A stretch of DNA of 64,000 nucleotides from Herpetosiphon geysericola (GCF_001306135.1 NZ_LGKP01000040.1:88726-152725), one strand, 5' to 3'. Shown: positions 9,548-19,095, counted from the first letter of the stretch. Program-made: numbers and translations. The notes: generated by a model from the sequence alone, not told the origin.

Positions 9548-11223
9548 ATCCCAACGCGCTCAAGCGCTTCTCGGGTTTGGTAGTAGGTGATCAGCGTAGC
9601 CGCATCACCTTTTGATAGGAGTTGCCACTTGATCTTGTCGCCACTGCCTCGGGCCAAACGGCGTAGGTATTTGATTTGGCCTTCACTCGCCGGCTGATGC
9701 TTCCAACTCGCCGTCTTCAGCATGAGGTTTCGCGCCCCACGTTCTTCGGCATACTGGTTGGCAACCTCGGCTAACTCGCCAAAGTTTTCAGCACTGGCCA
9801 ACTGCTTGGCTGACCAGTCCCACGTGCCCTTGGGTTTCATCAAGCCAAACAGTTTGAAGGGATCGGTCATCATCGGCGGCGTGATTGCCAAGATGCGTTC
9901 ATACCCATCGCCACCCTCACCCAAGCCAAGAATCATCCACCCGTCGCGCCGTTCCCAGTGTAATGCTGTGCCCTTCAAGTAATCAATTTGGCGGGCGACG
10001 AGTTCGAGCGGATTACCTTCAAGGCCGTGGACATCTTGGCCATCAAAGGACATGCCGCCAATAACATCGCCCTCTTCGGCTTCGTCAGCGGCTTGACGTG
10101 ATGCTTCAATCACCTCGCGTGGTAAGCCAAGCACATCGCCCAGGCTGGCCAAGTTATGGCCGCTACTTGGTGCAAATTCCAAGACTAGGCAATCATCTTT
10201 GCCAGGCGCGGTGCGCAGCCCACGACCCACACACTGCACAAACAGCGAACGATTCACGGTAGGCCGCACCATCATGACACAGCCAATGTCTGGCTGGTCG
10301 AAGCCTTCAGTCAAGACTGCGCAATTCGTCAGCACCATGTATTCGCCGCGGCTAAACGCTGCCAAGATGCGGCGGCGTTCCTCTTTTGGGGTGGTGCCAT
10401 CGATCGCGATCGCGGTGATCCCGCGTTTGGTGAACGCTGCGGCTAAGTCGTGCGCCCCTTCAACAGACACCGTAAAGGCAATCGACTTGCGTCCCTGGGC
10501 GTATTTGATATAGCTATCGACCACCAGCTCAAACACGTTGGATAGTTCAAACACATGCTTGAGTTGACCAGCATTCAGGTCGTTGCCCGTTTTCCGCACG
10601 CCCTTCAAGCTCGTGCGGGTGGCAAGCTCTAAGCTTTTGAAGGGGACTAAATACCCTTCACGCACCAAATAGCCAATGTCGATGGCAAAGCTATTTTTCT
10701 GGTACACGGTAATCAGGCCGATGTCATCAGCCCGCTGCGGGGTTGCCGTCACCCCCATGTGGCGCAGGTTGGGATTCGCTTTCTTCAGCGCTTGGTACAA
10801 TTCCATGTAGCTGTCAGCGGTGGCATGGTGGCATTCGTCGATCGCAAGATAATCAATCGGGCCATAGTGGAGTAAGGTTTGCAGCCGCTTGGCGTGCAAC
10901 GATTGCACCGTGGCGATCACCATTTGCCGATGCGGTTGGTTTTCCTCAGCCTTCACGATGCCAACATTGGGCAGCCAATGCTTCCAATAGCTGGCAATCC
11001 GTTCATAGGGCTGGCGGATTAACTCTTCACGGTGGGCAATGAGTAAACCGCGCTTGCCATCGACCAGCACGGGGGGAATATCTGCATGGCCCAACATCGT
11101 GCTGAGCATGATTTGGGTTTTGCCTGCACCCGTGGCCGCAACCCCAAGCACATCGGTTGCACCGTCTTGCCAGTCCTTCTGCACTGAGGTGACGGATTCA
11201 ATTTGATAGAGTCGTAATTGCAT
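9538..11223 (-). CDS. superfamily-2 DEAD/DEAH-box DNA helicase
   Basis: Walker A ATGAGKTQ, DECHH, TATP and QCVGRGLR motifs. Confidence 0.7.
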   Translation of the reverse strand: MQLRLYQIESVTSVQKDWQDGATDVLGVAATGAGKTQIMLSTMLGHADIPPVLVDGKRGLLIAHREELIRQPYERIASYWKHWLPNVGIVKAEENQPHRQMVIATVQSLHAKRLQTLLHYGPIDYLAIDECHHATADSYMELYQALKKANPNLRHMGVTATPQRADDIGLITVYQKNSFAIDIGYLVREGYLVPFKSLELATRTSLKGVRKTGNDLNAGQLKHVFELSNVFELVVDSYIKYAQGRKSIAFTVSVEGAHDLAAAFTKRGITAIAIDGTTPKEERRRILAAFSRGEYMVLTNCAVLTEGFDQPDIGCVMMVRPTVNRSLFVQCVGRGLRTAPGKDDCLVLEFAPSSGHNLASLGDVLGLPREVIEASRQAADEAEEGDVIGGMSFDGQDVHGLEGNPLELVARQIDYLKGTALHWERRDGWMILGLGEGGDGYERILAITPPMMTDPFKLFGLMKPKGTWDWSAKQLASAENFGELAEVANQYAEERGARNLMLKTASWKHQPASEGQIKYLRRLARGSGDKIKWQLLSKGDAATLITYYQTREALERVGMWR

Positions 11224-11232
11224 CGCTTCTCC

Positions 11233-11520
11233 TTAGTGCAAGAGCTGACCGCAATCACCACAAACAGGCTTGCCGTCCTGTCCATCGTGCGGGCATTCAA
11301 CAGGGTCAGCAGGTTCAACGAAGGTCAAGATCAATTCTTTGGCAACGATCAGATCGCCAGGTGAGGCTGATGAATCACGATAAAACCGCATCACCTCGTC
11401 AAGGGTGGCAGCACGTTCGATCATCTTCTCGCTGCCGTAGGTGGTTATGAGTAAATACATCGCTTCTCCTTTAAATGAGCAACCCCGCCAAAAGGCAGGG
11501 TTTTGGGGTAATAACCGCAT
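11233..11520 (-). CDS. hypothetical phage protein
   Basis: 95-aa ORF with a CPHDG...CGDCG zinc ribbon. Confidence 0.3.
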   Translation of the reverse strand: MRLLPQNPAFWRGCSFKGEAMYLLITTYGSEKMIERAATLDEVMRFYRDSSASPGDLIVAKELILTFVEPADPVECPHDGQDGKPVCGDCGQLLH

Positions 11521-11592
11521 TGAAACCTAAAGAAACCTATTTAAGTTCCTATGCGGAAATAGAAGGGGTAATAACCGCATTGAAACCTAAAG
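11505..11592. repeat. two perfect 28-bp direct repeats (ggggtaataaccgcattgaaacctaaag) at 60-bp spacing; candidate iterons/origin or operators
   Basis: Exact copies at 11505-11532 and 11565-11592, between the helicase gene end and the next gene start. An imperfect hairpin precedes them at 11479-11504. Confidence 0.5.
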
Positions 11593-13611
11593 CGGGCTTC
11601 GTGCTTTTATGCCACGTAAAGCCCTTCCCGCTCTTCCGGTATTGTTTGGCACTAGCGCCTGTTCCCATTGGTCAGGGTGTAATTCTCGCAATAGGGTTAT
11701 ATATTTTTGCGCGGTTCGCTCCGCACAATCGAGCAGGGTCATAATGTCTTTGCTGGTCAGCGGCTCACCTGATTCATACGCCACGCTGGCGATGTCCATA
11801 AAGTCACGCCACTGATACACATCAACCCCATCCGGCGCATCGAACAGGTCACGCACGTTCACCAGTTCATCGGGCGGCAATTCGGCAATGGGAATGTTGG
11901 TCAGCAACCAGACATCAACCGCATGGCGCACGGGGCGCACACGGTGGGCTGCTTGAATAACCTCAGCCTCACGGCCTTGCCAGAGCAGGGCTTGTAAATC
12001 CGCATCAGCATAGAAGCCACTGACTAAGTAACTGTGTGGGTGATTCACAAAGGGCAAGTCTTTTTCTTGCCACTCAGTGTTGAACGGGGTCATGCGCTCG
12101 TGGTAGATCATCGTTGCCGTGATGGCAATATCATCAACGCTTGGTTGTTGTGCGCCGATGATAAAGGCCACATCGCAGCCCTCGTATTTGTTGGTCCCAC
12201 GTTCACCACCAAAGTGCCCAACCATGCCGAGGTCACGAAACGAATCGACCAGCGGTAGGTGGGTGATAATCACCGGGTTGTGATAGTTGTGTTTGGCGAT
12301 GATCGCGTGCAGCTGCTCGCGCAACTGGGTCACTTTGGCCTTGTCGATTTCACCAGCCTTGATCAACTTGCTGCGATTATTCAGTGATTCATAGACCTGA
12401 TAGACCTTGCCTTTGAGTTCGATGGCAGGCTCTACTACTTCCACAGGCCGCTGAAACACGGTGTGGTAGAGATGGGCATTGGCCGTAGCATCAAACCAGA
12501 TGATGTGCGGTGGCGCGTGGTCATTGATCACGTTACGCTTGAGCAGGTGCAGTTTGCCATTGACCAACCGCACGCGGCTGACGTAGCTCTTGCCCGTTTG
12601 TGCTGCCTCACATTCACGCTCGAGCAACTGCACCAAATCGGGCAAGTGCCAGAACGGTGCATCTTCGGCATCCGATGGATACCAGATGCGCGGCAGCAGT
12701 TTTTCGTAGACCTCAGGCAAATCGAGCATAGCGCAGGCTTGGGCCACCGATTCGGCACCACCAAGCTTGTCTAATAGCTCTTTGCCAAGAATGGGCTTGC
12801 GGCTGGTCTCGCTTTGGCTGGCCAAGCCTTGCATCTTCAGCAACAACTCGGTGAGTGGCTCATCATAGGGCATGCCATCCGGCATGATCCACCGTTGGGG
12901 GATCACCCAGTTATCAGGAAATGCACCAAGCGGCGATTCGTCGCCGATGATGAGCTTGCAATGCTTGAGTAATGGATGGCCTGCGGTGAGGTGCTGGTGT
13001 TGGATATATAAGATGGGCGTGGCCTTGGCCTCGCGTTGCTGCTCGTAGTAAGGACAGCCATCTTTGATGTAATCCCAGCCGCAGACCTTTTGGCAAAAGT
13101 CCATCGCTTCATAGCCACGGTGCAACCACGTGGCCATGTGTGGCTCATGACGGCAGGTTTCCTCTTTGCCGTTATCATCGCCCCGCTGTCTAGGCAGCCA
13201 GTGAAACCATTGGTCAGGGTCGCCGCCCTGCTTTGCCACTTCGTTCATCACATCATCAAAGAAGTTGTGCCGTGGGCCAATGTAGGCCACGCGCCACCCC
13301 AGTTCATTGGCTGCATATAAAGCAAGCTTGACTCCTAAATAGGTTTTACCCGTGCCTGGAGGCATGCGCCCAAGGATGAAATGCGCGGGTTTTTCAAGCC
13401 CAAGATAATCGATCGCTTTGTTCCAAAAGAGGGCTTGGGCGGTATGGGATGAGACGGTTGTTTGGGTAACCGTGATGCGTTGGTGGCTCTCCAGTTTGCG
13501 ACGGCCACGCCTGCCACTGGGTGAGGCGGGTAGCTCGCCGCTGCTTAGCTCTGGTGGCGGCTCGGGTGGCTGATCGATCGAGGCCAACGCCACATCAAAA
13601 ATGGTTGCCAT
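11587..13611 (-). CDS. P-loop NTPase, SF1 (RecD/Dda-like) helicase-like replication protein with a 4-Cys insert and C-terminal HTH-like tail
   Basis: Walker A PPGTGKTY followed by RVAYIGPRHNF, motif II-like IIGDESP and motif VI-like IQAAHRVRP. Cys cluster CRHEPH...FCQKVCGWDY...GCPYY. Confidence 0.45.
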   Translation of the reverse strand: MATIFDVALASIDQPPEPPPELSSGELPASPSGRRGRRKLESHQRITVTQTTVSSHTAQALFWNKAIDYLGLEKPAHFILGRMPPGTGKTYLGVKLALYAANELGWRVAYIGPRHNFFDDVMNEVAKQGGDPDQWFHWLPRQRGDDNGKEETCRHEPHMATWLHRGYEAMDFCQKVCGWDYIKDGCPYYEQQREAKATPILYIQHQHLTAGHPLLKHCKLIIGDESPLGAFPDNWVIPQRWIMPDGMPYDEPLTELLLKMQGLASQSETSRKPILGKELLDKLGGAESVAQACAMLDLPEVYEKLLPRIWYPSDAEDAPFWHLPDLVQLLERECEAAQTGKSYVSRVRLVNGKLHLLKRNVINDHAPPHIIWFDATANAHLYHTVFQRPVEVVEPAIELKGKVYQVYESLNNRSKLIKAGEIDKAKVTQLREQLHAIIAKHNYHNPVIITHLPLVDSFRDLGMVGHFGGERGTNKYEGCDVAFIIGAQQPSVDDIAITATMIYHERMTPFNTEWQEKDLPFVNHPHSYLVSGFYADADLQALLWQGREAEVIQAAHRVRPVRHAVDVWLLTNIPIAELPPDELVNVRDLFDAPDGVDVYQWRDFMDIASVAYESGEPLTSKDIMTLLDCAERTAQKYITLLRELHPDQWEQALVPNNTGRAGRALRGIKARSPL

Positions 13612-13632
13612 GGTGGGTTGACCTCGTGACTA

Positions 13633-14619
13633 TTAGGCGGCAGGATTACTGACAAGGATGTCAACGGCATCAAATGCTGAAACGGATTTGACCTGTGCAG
13701 CGCGTTCAATCTTTTCATCGTGACGCATGCGCAGCACTGCACCAAACTCGGTCAAGCCATCCATGCTGTATTCATCAAGGTTAATAGTTAGCTCATCGGG
13801 TGTGCCAACCTCGCGGAGCAGCTCGCGAATACGGGCAATGTATTTGACACGGGTTGCATCAACGGGTGGCGCATCATCAACAGGGGTTACGGTACCCGTC
13901 TTGGGTTTGCGATGGTCGTCAGCATTCGGGCAGGTTTGGAAGTGAATCACATCGGTGCGAATTCCGTTGATCACATCGAACGGCGCATTCTTGCCATTTG
14001 GCGTTTTGGCCCATGCGATGGTTGCGCCACAGGATTGACACTCAGCTAAGTCTTTGGCGGCGCGTGGTTGCCGCTGCTCGGCTGGCGCTTGGAGTTGTGG
14101 CCGCGTTGATACCGCTTCGCTGGTGTTTTCAATCTCGCCATGAGCATTAACTTTTACTTCATAGGCGCTTGGAATGCTGCTGGTCTCAGTTTCATCGAGC
14201 ATGCCCAAACCTGCAAAACTCAGGGTCACGCGGCGTTTGGCTTTGGTCTCAGCCTTCATAATGGCATTGGCTCGTGCATCGCCTTTCAAGTTGCCCAGTG
14301 GCACGGCCCCGATGGATTCATCACAGCGCCCATTGGGGTCAACGGCGCGGGCAGTCACGACATAGACCTCTTCAACCACCTCACGGCTCACGATGCTAAT
14401 ACTAATGCCGTCACGCTTCCGCAGCTGCTCGGCACAATCCTTGGTGGCATAGAGTTGCAATTTGCCATTCAACTGCAAGTAGTGAAACGGGCGGGTGAGA
14501 GGATTCAGGTTCAAGCTTTCACAAACCCGATTGTAATATTCCACCCGCTGCGGTGGACTCAGTTTGACCAGATCGCCTTGCACCAACACATGTTCAATCA
14601 CCGATAGTTCTGTACTCAT
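13633..14619 (-). CDS. recT: RecT-family ssDNA annealing protein
   Basis: LNLNPLTRPFHYLQLNGKLQLYATKDCAEQL and AIMKAETKAKRRVTLSFAG match RecT conserved blocks. C-terminal CQSCG...HFQTCPN zinc ribbon. Confidence 0.6.
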   Translation of the reverse strand: MSTELSVIEHVLVQGDLVKLSPPQRVEYYNRVCESLNLNPLTRPFHYLQLNGKLQLYATKDCAEQLRKRDGISISIVSREVVEEVYVVTARAVDPNGRCDESIGAVPLGNLKGDARANAIMKAETKAKRRVTLSFAGLGMLDETETSSIPSAYEVKVNAHGEIENTSEAVSTRPQLQAPAEQRQPRAAKDLAECQSCGATIAWAKTPNGKNAPFDVINGIRTDVIHFQTCPNADDHRKPKTGTVTPVDDAPPVDATRVKYIARIRELLREVGTPDELTINLDEYSMDGLTEFGAVLRMRHDEKIERAAQVKSVSAFDAVDILVSNPAA

Positions 14620-14707
14620 ACAACCTCACTGTGGTATACTAAAGGCGGGTGACCTATCGTAACTAAGTCACCCGCAATAACCTCTAAAGACAAGCCCGCA
14701 AGCACCA

Positions 14708-14998
14708 CTATGCTGCGGGTTTTTTCGTAGGCCGCACATGGCGGGCAACCGCACGCAAGGCCTCTTCGTTCTGGGCGATTTCAATCCATGCCCGCACTTC
14801 GGGGTCATTCTGTGATGCAATAAATGCTGCTCGCTGCTCGGCTTCCTCAGCCAGGCGTTGGCGCATCCGCCATGCTGCAATCACCTCGCCCAGGTCGGTC
14901 GATTCGCCATCAGGGGTGTAGATTTTCGCCATCCTGATCTCCTTGTGTAACGTGGTAGGTTGGCATGCAGGCGCATGTGGTTGCTTCCATATCCGCAA
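14708..14998 (-). CDS. hypothetical phage protein
   Basis: 96-aa ORF. Confidence 0.3.
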   Translation of the reverse strand: MRIWKQPHAPACQPTTLHKEIRMAKIYTPDGESTDLGEVIAAWRMRQRLAEEAEQRAAFIASQNDPEVRAWIEIAQNEEALRAVARHVRPTKKPAA

Positions 14999-15112
14999 AC
15001 ACCGCCCGCACGGCCTTGGTCAATTGGCGCTGAATAATCAGCGCTTCATCGTGGTCAAGCTGGCCGATTTGCAGCGGTGTTTGAACTGCACCATAGTTCA
15101 AAATAATTTGAA

Positions 15113-15421
15113 TCATTGCTTATCAATATCCTCTTGAGTCAACGGGGTGCTAATCATTGGTCGTTGATGCTCGTGTTTGAGCGCTGCAAGGTGCTTAGCC
15201 ATTCCCATGAAGAGACTGCTTAGGCCAACCACGAGGGTAAGCCATCCGGCAAAGACCGCAAACAATAGGTACATCGGCTCAATCAAGACACACCAGACGG
15301 CAAACCAGAACAATGAGGCAATGACAACAACAATAAGTTGATGTGTCCGGTTGCGAATGATGAACGATGCTGCAACCGCACTAGCGGCGGCGGCGATGGT
15401 GCATAAAAGAGATTCAATCAT
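15113..15421 (-). CDS. small membrane protein
   Basis: Three predicted hydrophobic helices. Confidence 0.3.
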   Translation of the reverse strand: MIESLLCTIAAAASAVAASFIIRNRTHQLIVVVIASLFWFAVWCVLIEPMYLLFAVFAGWLTLVVGLSSLFMGMAKHLAALKHEHQRPMISTPLTQEDIDKQ

Positions 15422-15636
15422 GCTGTTGCCTGCTTTCGTGCATAGGCTTCGAGGAAAGCGGCATCATCGGGTGATGTTGCGCCATCTTGAATGGCTTGCA
15501 CCCATATCGCTTGAGCTTCGCAGGCGATGCATGGGCGATCTGCCGCATCTATCTCTGCACATAAACAATCCAGTTCCATATCAATCCTCATGAATAAAAA
15601 ACAATTCAATGTGTTTGTTGCAATTCCATCATTCAA
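15418..15636 (-). CDS. hypothetical phage protein
   Basis: 72-aa ORF overlapping the downstream gene by 4 nt. Confidence 0.25.
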   Translation of the reverse strand: MNDGIATNTLNCFLFMRIDMELDCLCAEIDAADRPCIACEAQAIWVQAIQDGATSPDDAAFLEAYARKQATA

Positions 15637-16090
15637 CTGCGCTGCGCCTAGCGCGGTTCGCTCGTGTGGTCATGGCAAACCGTTGGCTCTGCGGCGGTAT
15701 TTGAGTAGGGACGGCTAGGCCATTCCTTGAAGGCGAACCCGAAAGTTTGCCCCGCTGCGCTGGTTGATTGATAGTGCCTTGAAATCCTTGCCCAGTGGGT
15801 AGGGGTCAGGCTTGGTAAGGTGCGGGTGGTCATCGCTTAGGTTCATCGGGCTAGCGGCGATGAACTGCTAGCCCTGTCTAGATCATTTAGGTATCGTTGC
15901 CCTGCATCGCTGCGATAAAACACTGCTTTAGAACCTTCTAGATTTCATCGAACGATGGGCTTTTATGTGGCGGTAGGCCTATTAGGAACGGCCCATAGAG
16001 CACCTCACTTTCTGCATGCATTCCAAACTGCCAAATCGTTGCGCCATCGTGGGCACTGGTGAGCAGGTAGGACTGCTCAGGCCATGTCCA

Positions 16091-16318
16091 TCAAAACGGG
16101 AGTTCATCATCGGGATAGGGCGCATCCGCTTCAATTTCAATTGAATCTTCAATCATCGTGGTTTCAAGGTCGGCCAAATAATCACCGTCAAGCTCATGGC
16201 CACAATGCGGGCATGGCTCAGCGGTTATCCAGCTTTCGCATTCGTCACTATCGCGATCAATCTGTGGATCGAATTCTTGCCCGCATTCAGGGTTCGGGCA
16301 GGTAATTTCACGGCTCAT
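16091..16318 (-). CDS. acidic zinc-ribbon protein
   Basis: CPNPECGQ...CPHCGHEL; very acidic. Confidence 0.3.
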   Translation of the reverse strand: MSREITCPNPECGQEFDPQIDRDSDECESWITAEPCPHCGHELDGDYLADLETTMIEDSIEIEADAPYPDDELPF

Positions 16319-16408
16319 CTTGGCTCCTCTTGGTGATGTTGATACTTGGGTGCCGGTGACGCTTCCGGCGTTGCCGTTGAGGCCTGCAACCGCTTGGCCT
16401 TGTTGGGA

Positions 16409-16630
16409 TTAGTGGGTTGGTGTGAAATCAATCGGCTCGAGCGCTTGCCAGTAGCTGACTTGGCCAAAGCCCATCAGCACGGCGGTCACGGTCATGCCTG
16501 GTGCGAAGGTCTTGGAATAATCGCGAACGGTGTGGCGATCATCAGCAGTGGTGACAATCAAGGTGTTGTGGTCAACAGCGCCATACAGGGTTGAGACTGT
16601 TCCGGTAATGGTTGGCAGTGGTTGGCTCAT
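16409..16630 (-). CDS. hypothetical phage protein
   Basis: 73-aa ORF. Confidence 0.25.
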   Translation of the reverse strand: MSQPLPTITGTVSTLYGAVDHNTLIVTTADDRHTVRDYSKTFAPGMTVTAVLMGFGQVSYWQALEPIDFTPTH

Positions 16631-16651
16631 CGGGATTACTCCTTGGGTTGG

Positions 16652-16867
16652 TTAGGCGGCGGTTTTATCGCGTCCCGCTGCATCAGCAGCGAGGGCTTCG
16701 TAGTACCCTGGGGGGTACTTTGGCTTTCTCTTGATCAAATTGGTAAGCGTTCGCGGTGCAACACCGAGTGCATTAGCTTGTTGTTCACGGGTTGCACCGA
16801 GCGTGGATAAATAGATCTCAAAATGGGAGCGGCGTTTCGCCAAAGAATTCTTTTGCGGCATGTTCAA
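16652..16867 (-). CDS. small HTH DNA-binding protein
   Basis: LGVAPRTLTNLIKRK helix-turn-helix-like segment. Confidence 0.35.
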   Translation of the reverse strand: MNMPQKNSLAKRRSHFEIYLSTLGATREQQANALGVAPRTLTNLIKRKPKYPPGYYEALAADAAGRDKTAA

Positions 16868-17294
16868 CCTCTAAATAGCTACCCCGTGCCAGCAATGGTT
16901 CAGGATTGCCAGCGAGGTAGAGGCCAAATTGATCAGTACAAGGAATGAGGGTAATGACCCGCCGAGTAGCACGGGTTTCGTTGATTTCTTGGATAGCCTC
17001 AGGAACGCCGGCAGCGGCCTCCATTTCAACTAAGGTGCGGTGGATTTGAATCTCTTCAATGGTGTTCATGGCTGCATCGCGTAGGGTTGTTTCAGCATCC
17101 ATGCGATCTGGTTTGGTGCAGATGAGGGTTTTTGAATCGCCATCGATCAGGTAGGCAGCGTGATCAACATCACGGCCTACAATGGTTGTGTGAATTTCAA
17201 GGCGCAGGCCATAATCTTTGTGCAGTTCTGTGGTAATGTCTGAGATGAAGGGCTTGAGGGTTTTGGCTTTCTTGGTTGCTTTACGGGTAGTCAT
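16818..17294 (-). CDS. hypothetical protein, first gene of the leftward early operon (candidate lysogeny-maintenance gene)
   Basis: GGAGA RBS before MTTRK at 17292-17294. Operator-like repeats lie immediately upstream. Confidence 0.35.
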   Translation of the reverse strand: MTTRKATKKAKTLKPFISDITTELHKDYGLRLEIHTTIVGRDVDHAAYLIDGDSKTLICTKPDRMDAETTLRDAAMNTIEEIQIHRTLVEMEAAAGVPEAIQEINETRATRRVITLIPCTDQFGLYLAGNPEPLLARGSYLEVEHAAKEFFGETPLPF

Positions 17295-17317
17295 TGCAAT
17301 TAGTCTCCGTAAATTTA

Positions 17318-17380
17318 TTGACGGTAATTTATTTCCTGTACTATTTATAACAGGTAATTTATTTCCTATCAATAGCCATA
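17318..17380. promoter_or_regulatory. operator-like repeats in the divergent switch region
   Basis: Direct repeat ggtaatttatttcct x2 (17325-17339, 17353-17367) flanking the inverted repeat cctgt-N10-acagg. Located between divergent early operons. Confidence 0.45.
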
Positions 17381-17439
17381 CAGTACTAATAGCATACTAG
17401 TACTCATTTTTAGTACACATGTTTGTCTAGGCAATTTTT

Positions 17440-17456
17440 TGCCGATTGTGTATAAT
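17440..17456 (+). promoter_or_regulatory. candidate rightward promoter with a perfect -10 (TATAAT at 17451-17456, TG-extended)
   Basis: ttgtgtataat upstream of the first Cro-like gene; -35 not clear. Confidence 0.35.
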
Positions 17457-17515
17457 GCTTAATGCCAAACGATGTAGTTTAGTAGCGAGGTGAAGGCGCG
17501 CTTTTTAATTATCAG

Positions 17516-17770
17516 TTGAGGCTAATTGCAATGAGTTTTCAAGACGTAAGACCGTTTACCTTTGGTGAGTTCATCAAGTTCCGCCGTGAGCAACTTGGGA
17601 TTAGTCAATCACAGATTGCGCGTAAATTAGAGGTGTCAGAGCGTCAGTACCGAAACTGGGAGTCTGATAAATTCAAACCAAACCTTGATAGTTTATTGCC
17701 ATTATTGCGTGCTCTTAATTTGCGACTACAGGATATAGAATCGGTTCTCGAATCAGAATCGACAAGTTAG
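17516..17770 (+). CDS. XRE-family HTH regulator (Cro/CI-like), paralogue 1 of 3
   Basis: FGEFIKFRREQLGISQSQIARKLEVSERQYRNWES. Confidence 0.7.
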   Translation: MRLIAMSFQDVRPFTFGEFIKFRREQLGISQSQIARKLEVSERQYRNWESDKFKPNLDSLLPLLRALNLRLQDIESVLESESTS

Positions 17771-17848
17771 GTATTGACATATGTGCTACACTAACGGCGC
17801 AATTAGTCTTGAAAACGTCCTACTGGCTGGCGCTGGTGGGGCGTTTTC

Positions 17849-18097
17849 GTGTATCTAGGGGATGGTATGAAAACATTTGGGGAACAATTGCGCTATCGTC
17901 GCCAACAACTTGGCTTTACCCAAGAACAAATAGCACGTAAATTAGATGTTACGGTGCGACAATATTGCCGATGGGAGACCGGAGAAACAAAAATATCAGT
18001 GTATTACCTTGCTAAATGGATTGAATTATCTGGCACGGCTTACGAAGACATTCATGAATCCCTTTTGCTTTATGGCGAAAGTGAGAAGCTGCAATGA
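17849..18097 (+). CDS. XRE-family HTH regulator, paralogue 2 of 3
   Basis: FGEQLRYRRQQLGFTQEQIARKLDVTVRQYCRWETG. Confidence 0.7.
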   Translation: MYLGDGMKTFGEQLRYRRQQLGFTQEQIARKLDVTVRQYCRWETGETKISVYYLAKWIELSGTAYEDIHESLLLYGESEKLQ

Positions 18098-18318
18098 AAG
18101 AACTAGGACTCTATATGCGGCAACGGCGTGAATTATTAGGGTTTACCCAAGAGCAGGTTTCACGACGCATTGACATTTCACTACGACAGATAGCCAAATG
18201 GGAAACTGGCAATGCAGCGCCAAGTATTGAAAATTTCGCCCGTTGGCTCATTGCGCTTGGAGTGGACTATACCGAGATAGAGCATTTTCTACTTGCAAAA
18301 CCAGAAACCACTAATTAA
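18094..18318 (+). CDS. XRE-family HTH regulator, paralogue 3 of 3
   Basis: LGLYMRQRRELLGFTQEQVSRRIDISLRQIAKWETG; 4-nt overlap with the previous gene. Confidence 0.7.
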   Translation: MKELGLYMRQRRELLGFTQEQVSRRIDISLRQIAKWETGNAAPSIENFARWLIALGVDYTEIEHFLLAKPETTN

Positions 18319-18381
18319 TCTACAAAATTCACCCGATTATTGTATCTAAGATCAAGAGAAGCCTTTATTTAGGAGATTCGT

Positions 18382-19095
18382 ATGTCTAGCTACACTGCCA
18401 CGATGATCGCCCGTGCCAAGCAGGCGATTGCCGAGGATCGCAAAGCCGATGCCTATGCGATTATCAAGCCCATTGTTGATGCTGAGCCAACGAATGCTGA
18501 TGCATGGCGGGTGCTGGCCAATGCGACGAGCGATCCGCAAGAGGCTGAAATTGCCCGCGCTCGTGAGGCACAAGCTCGACCACTGCACACCCCACGCCCA
18601 ACCCCGCAATCCGCTCGATCAGCATCACCTACCCTCGCACCTGCGCTACCCAAGAAACCTGCCATTGCTAGTGGGTTGATTCTTGGCGGTGCTTTACTTA
18701 TTGGCCTTGGTAGCATCATGCCGTGGCAAGAAATCACCAGTGGCATTTTCAATAAAACGGTGGTTGGTACCGATAAGTTGGGGTTTTATACACTAGCGTG
18801 CGCTGCACTACTATTTATCGCTGGCCTTGTTGTATTGTTTCGCGATGGCACACCAGCTCGTGGCGGTGCTGCTCTTGCCGGTCTTGCGGCATTAGGCATC
18901 GGTGGCTATACCGCCTATGATATTTTGAGCCGTGCTGCTGATGTGGATAAATTGCGCCAAGTTGAATCAGCTTTAGGTGGCAAATCAACCGTACCAGCGG
19001 TTTTTAGTAGCGTGCCTGGCATTGGTATTTACGCAATCTTGCTTGGCGCACTGCTGGCCATTGCTGGTGCGTTGGTTCAGAATCAATCCTCATAA
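18382..19095 (+). CDS. membrane protein: TPR-like N-domain, Pro-rich linker and 4 TM helices
   Basis: RBS aggagattcgt before ATG. Linker PTPQSARSASPTLAPALPKKP, then four hydrophobic segments. Confidence 0.5.
   Translation: MSSYTATMIARAKQAIAEDRKADAYAIIKPIVDAEPTNADAWRVLANATSDPQEAEIARAREAQARPLHTPRPTPQSARSASPTLAPALPKKPAIASGLILGGALLIGLGSIMPWQEITSGIFNKTVVGTDKLGFYTLACAALLFIAGLVVLFRDGTPARGGAALAGLAALGIGGYTAYDILSRAADVDKLRQVESALGGKSTVPAVFSSVPGIGIYAILLGALLAIAGALVQNQSS

Noticed and set aside
11505-11592. Possible CRISPR array
   Set aside because: Only two repeat copies are present, the spacer partly echoes the repeat, and no cas genes or leader are nearby. It is kept as an iteron/mini-array-like finding, not called CRISPR.
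18413-18752. ORFs 18413..18679(+) and 18453..18752(-) within gene 18382..19095
   Set aside because: These are alternative frames of a GC-rich segment. The annotated frame has a clear RBS and membrane topology.
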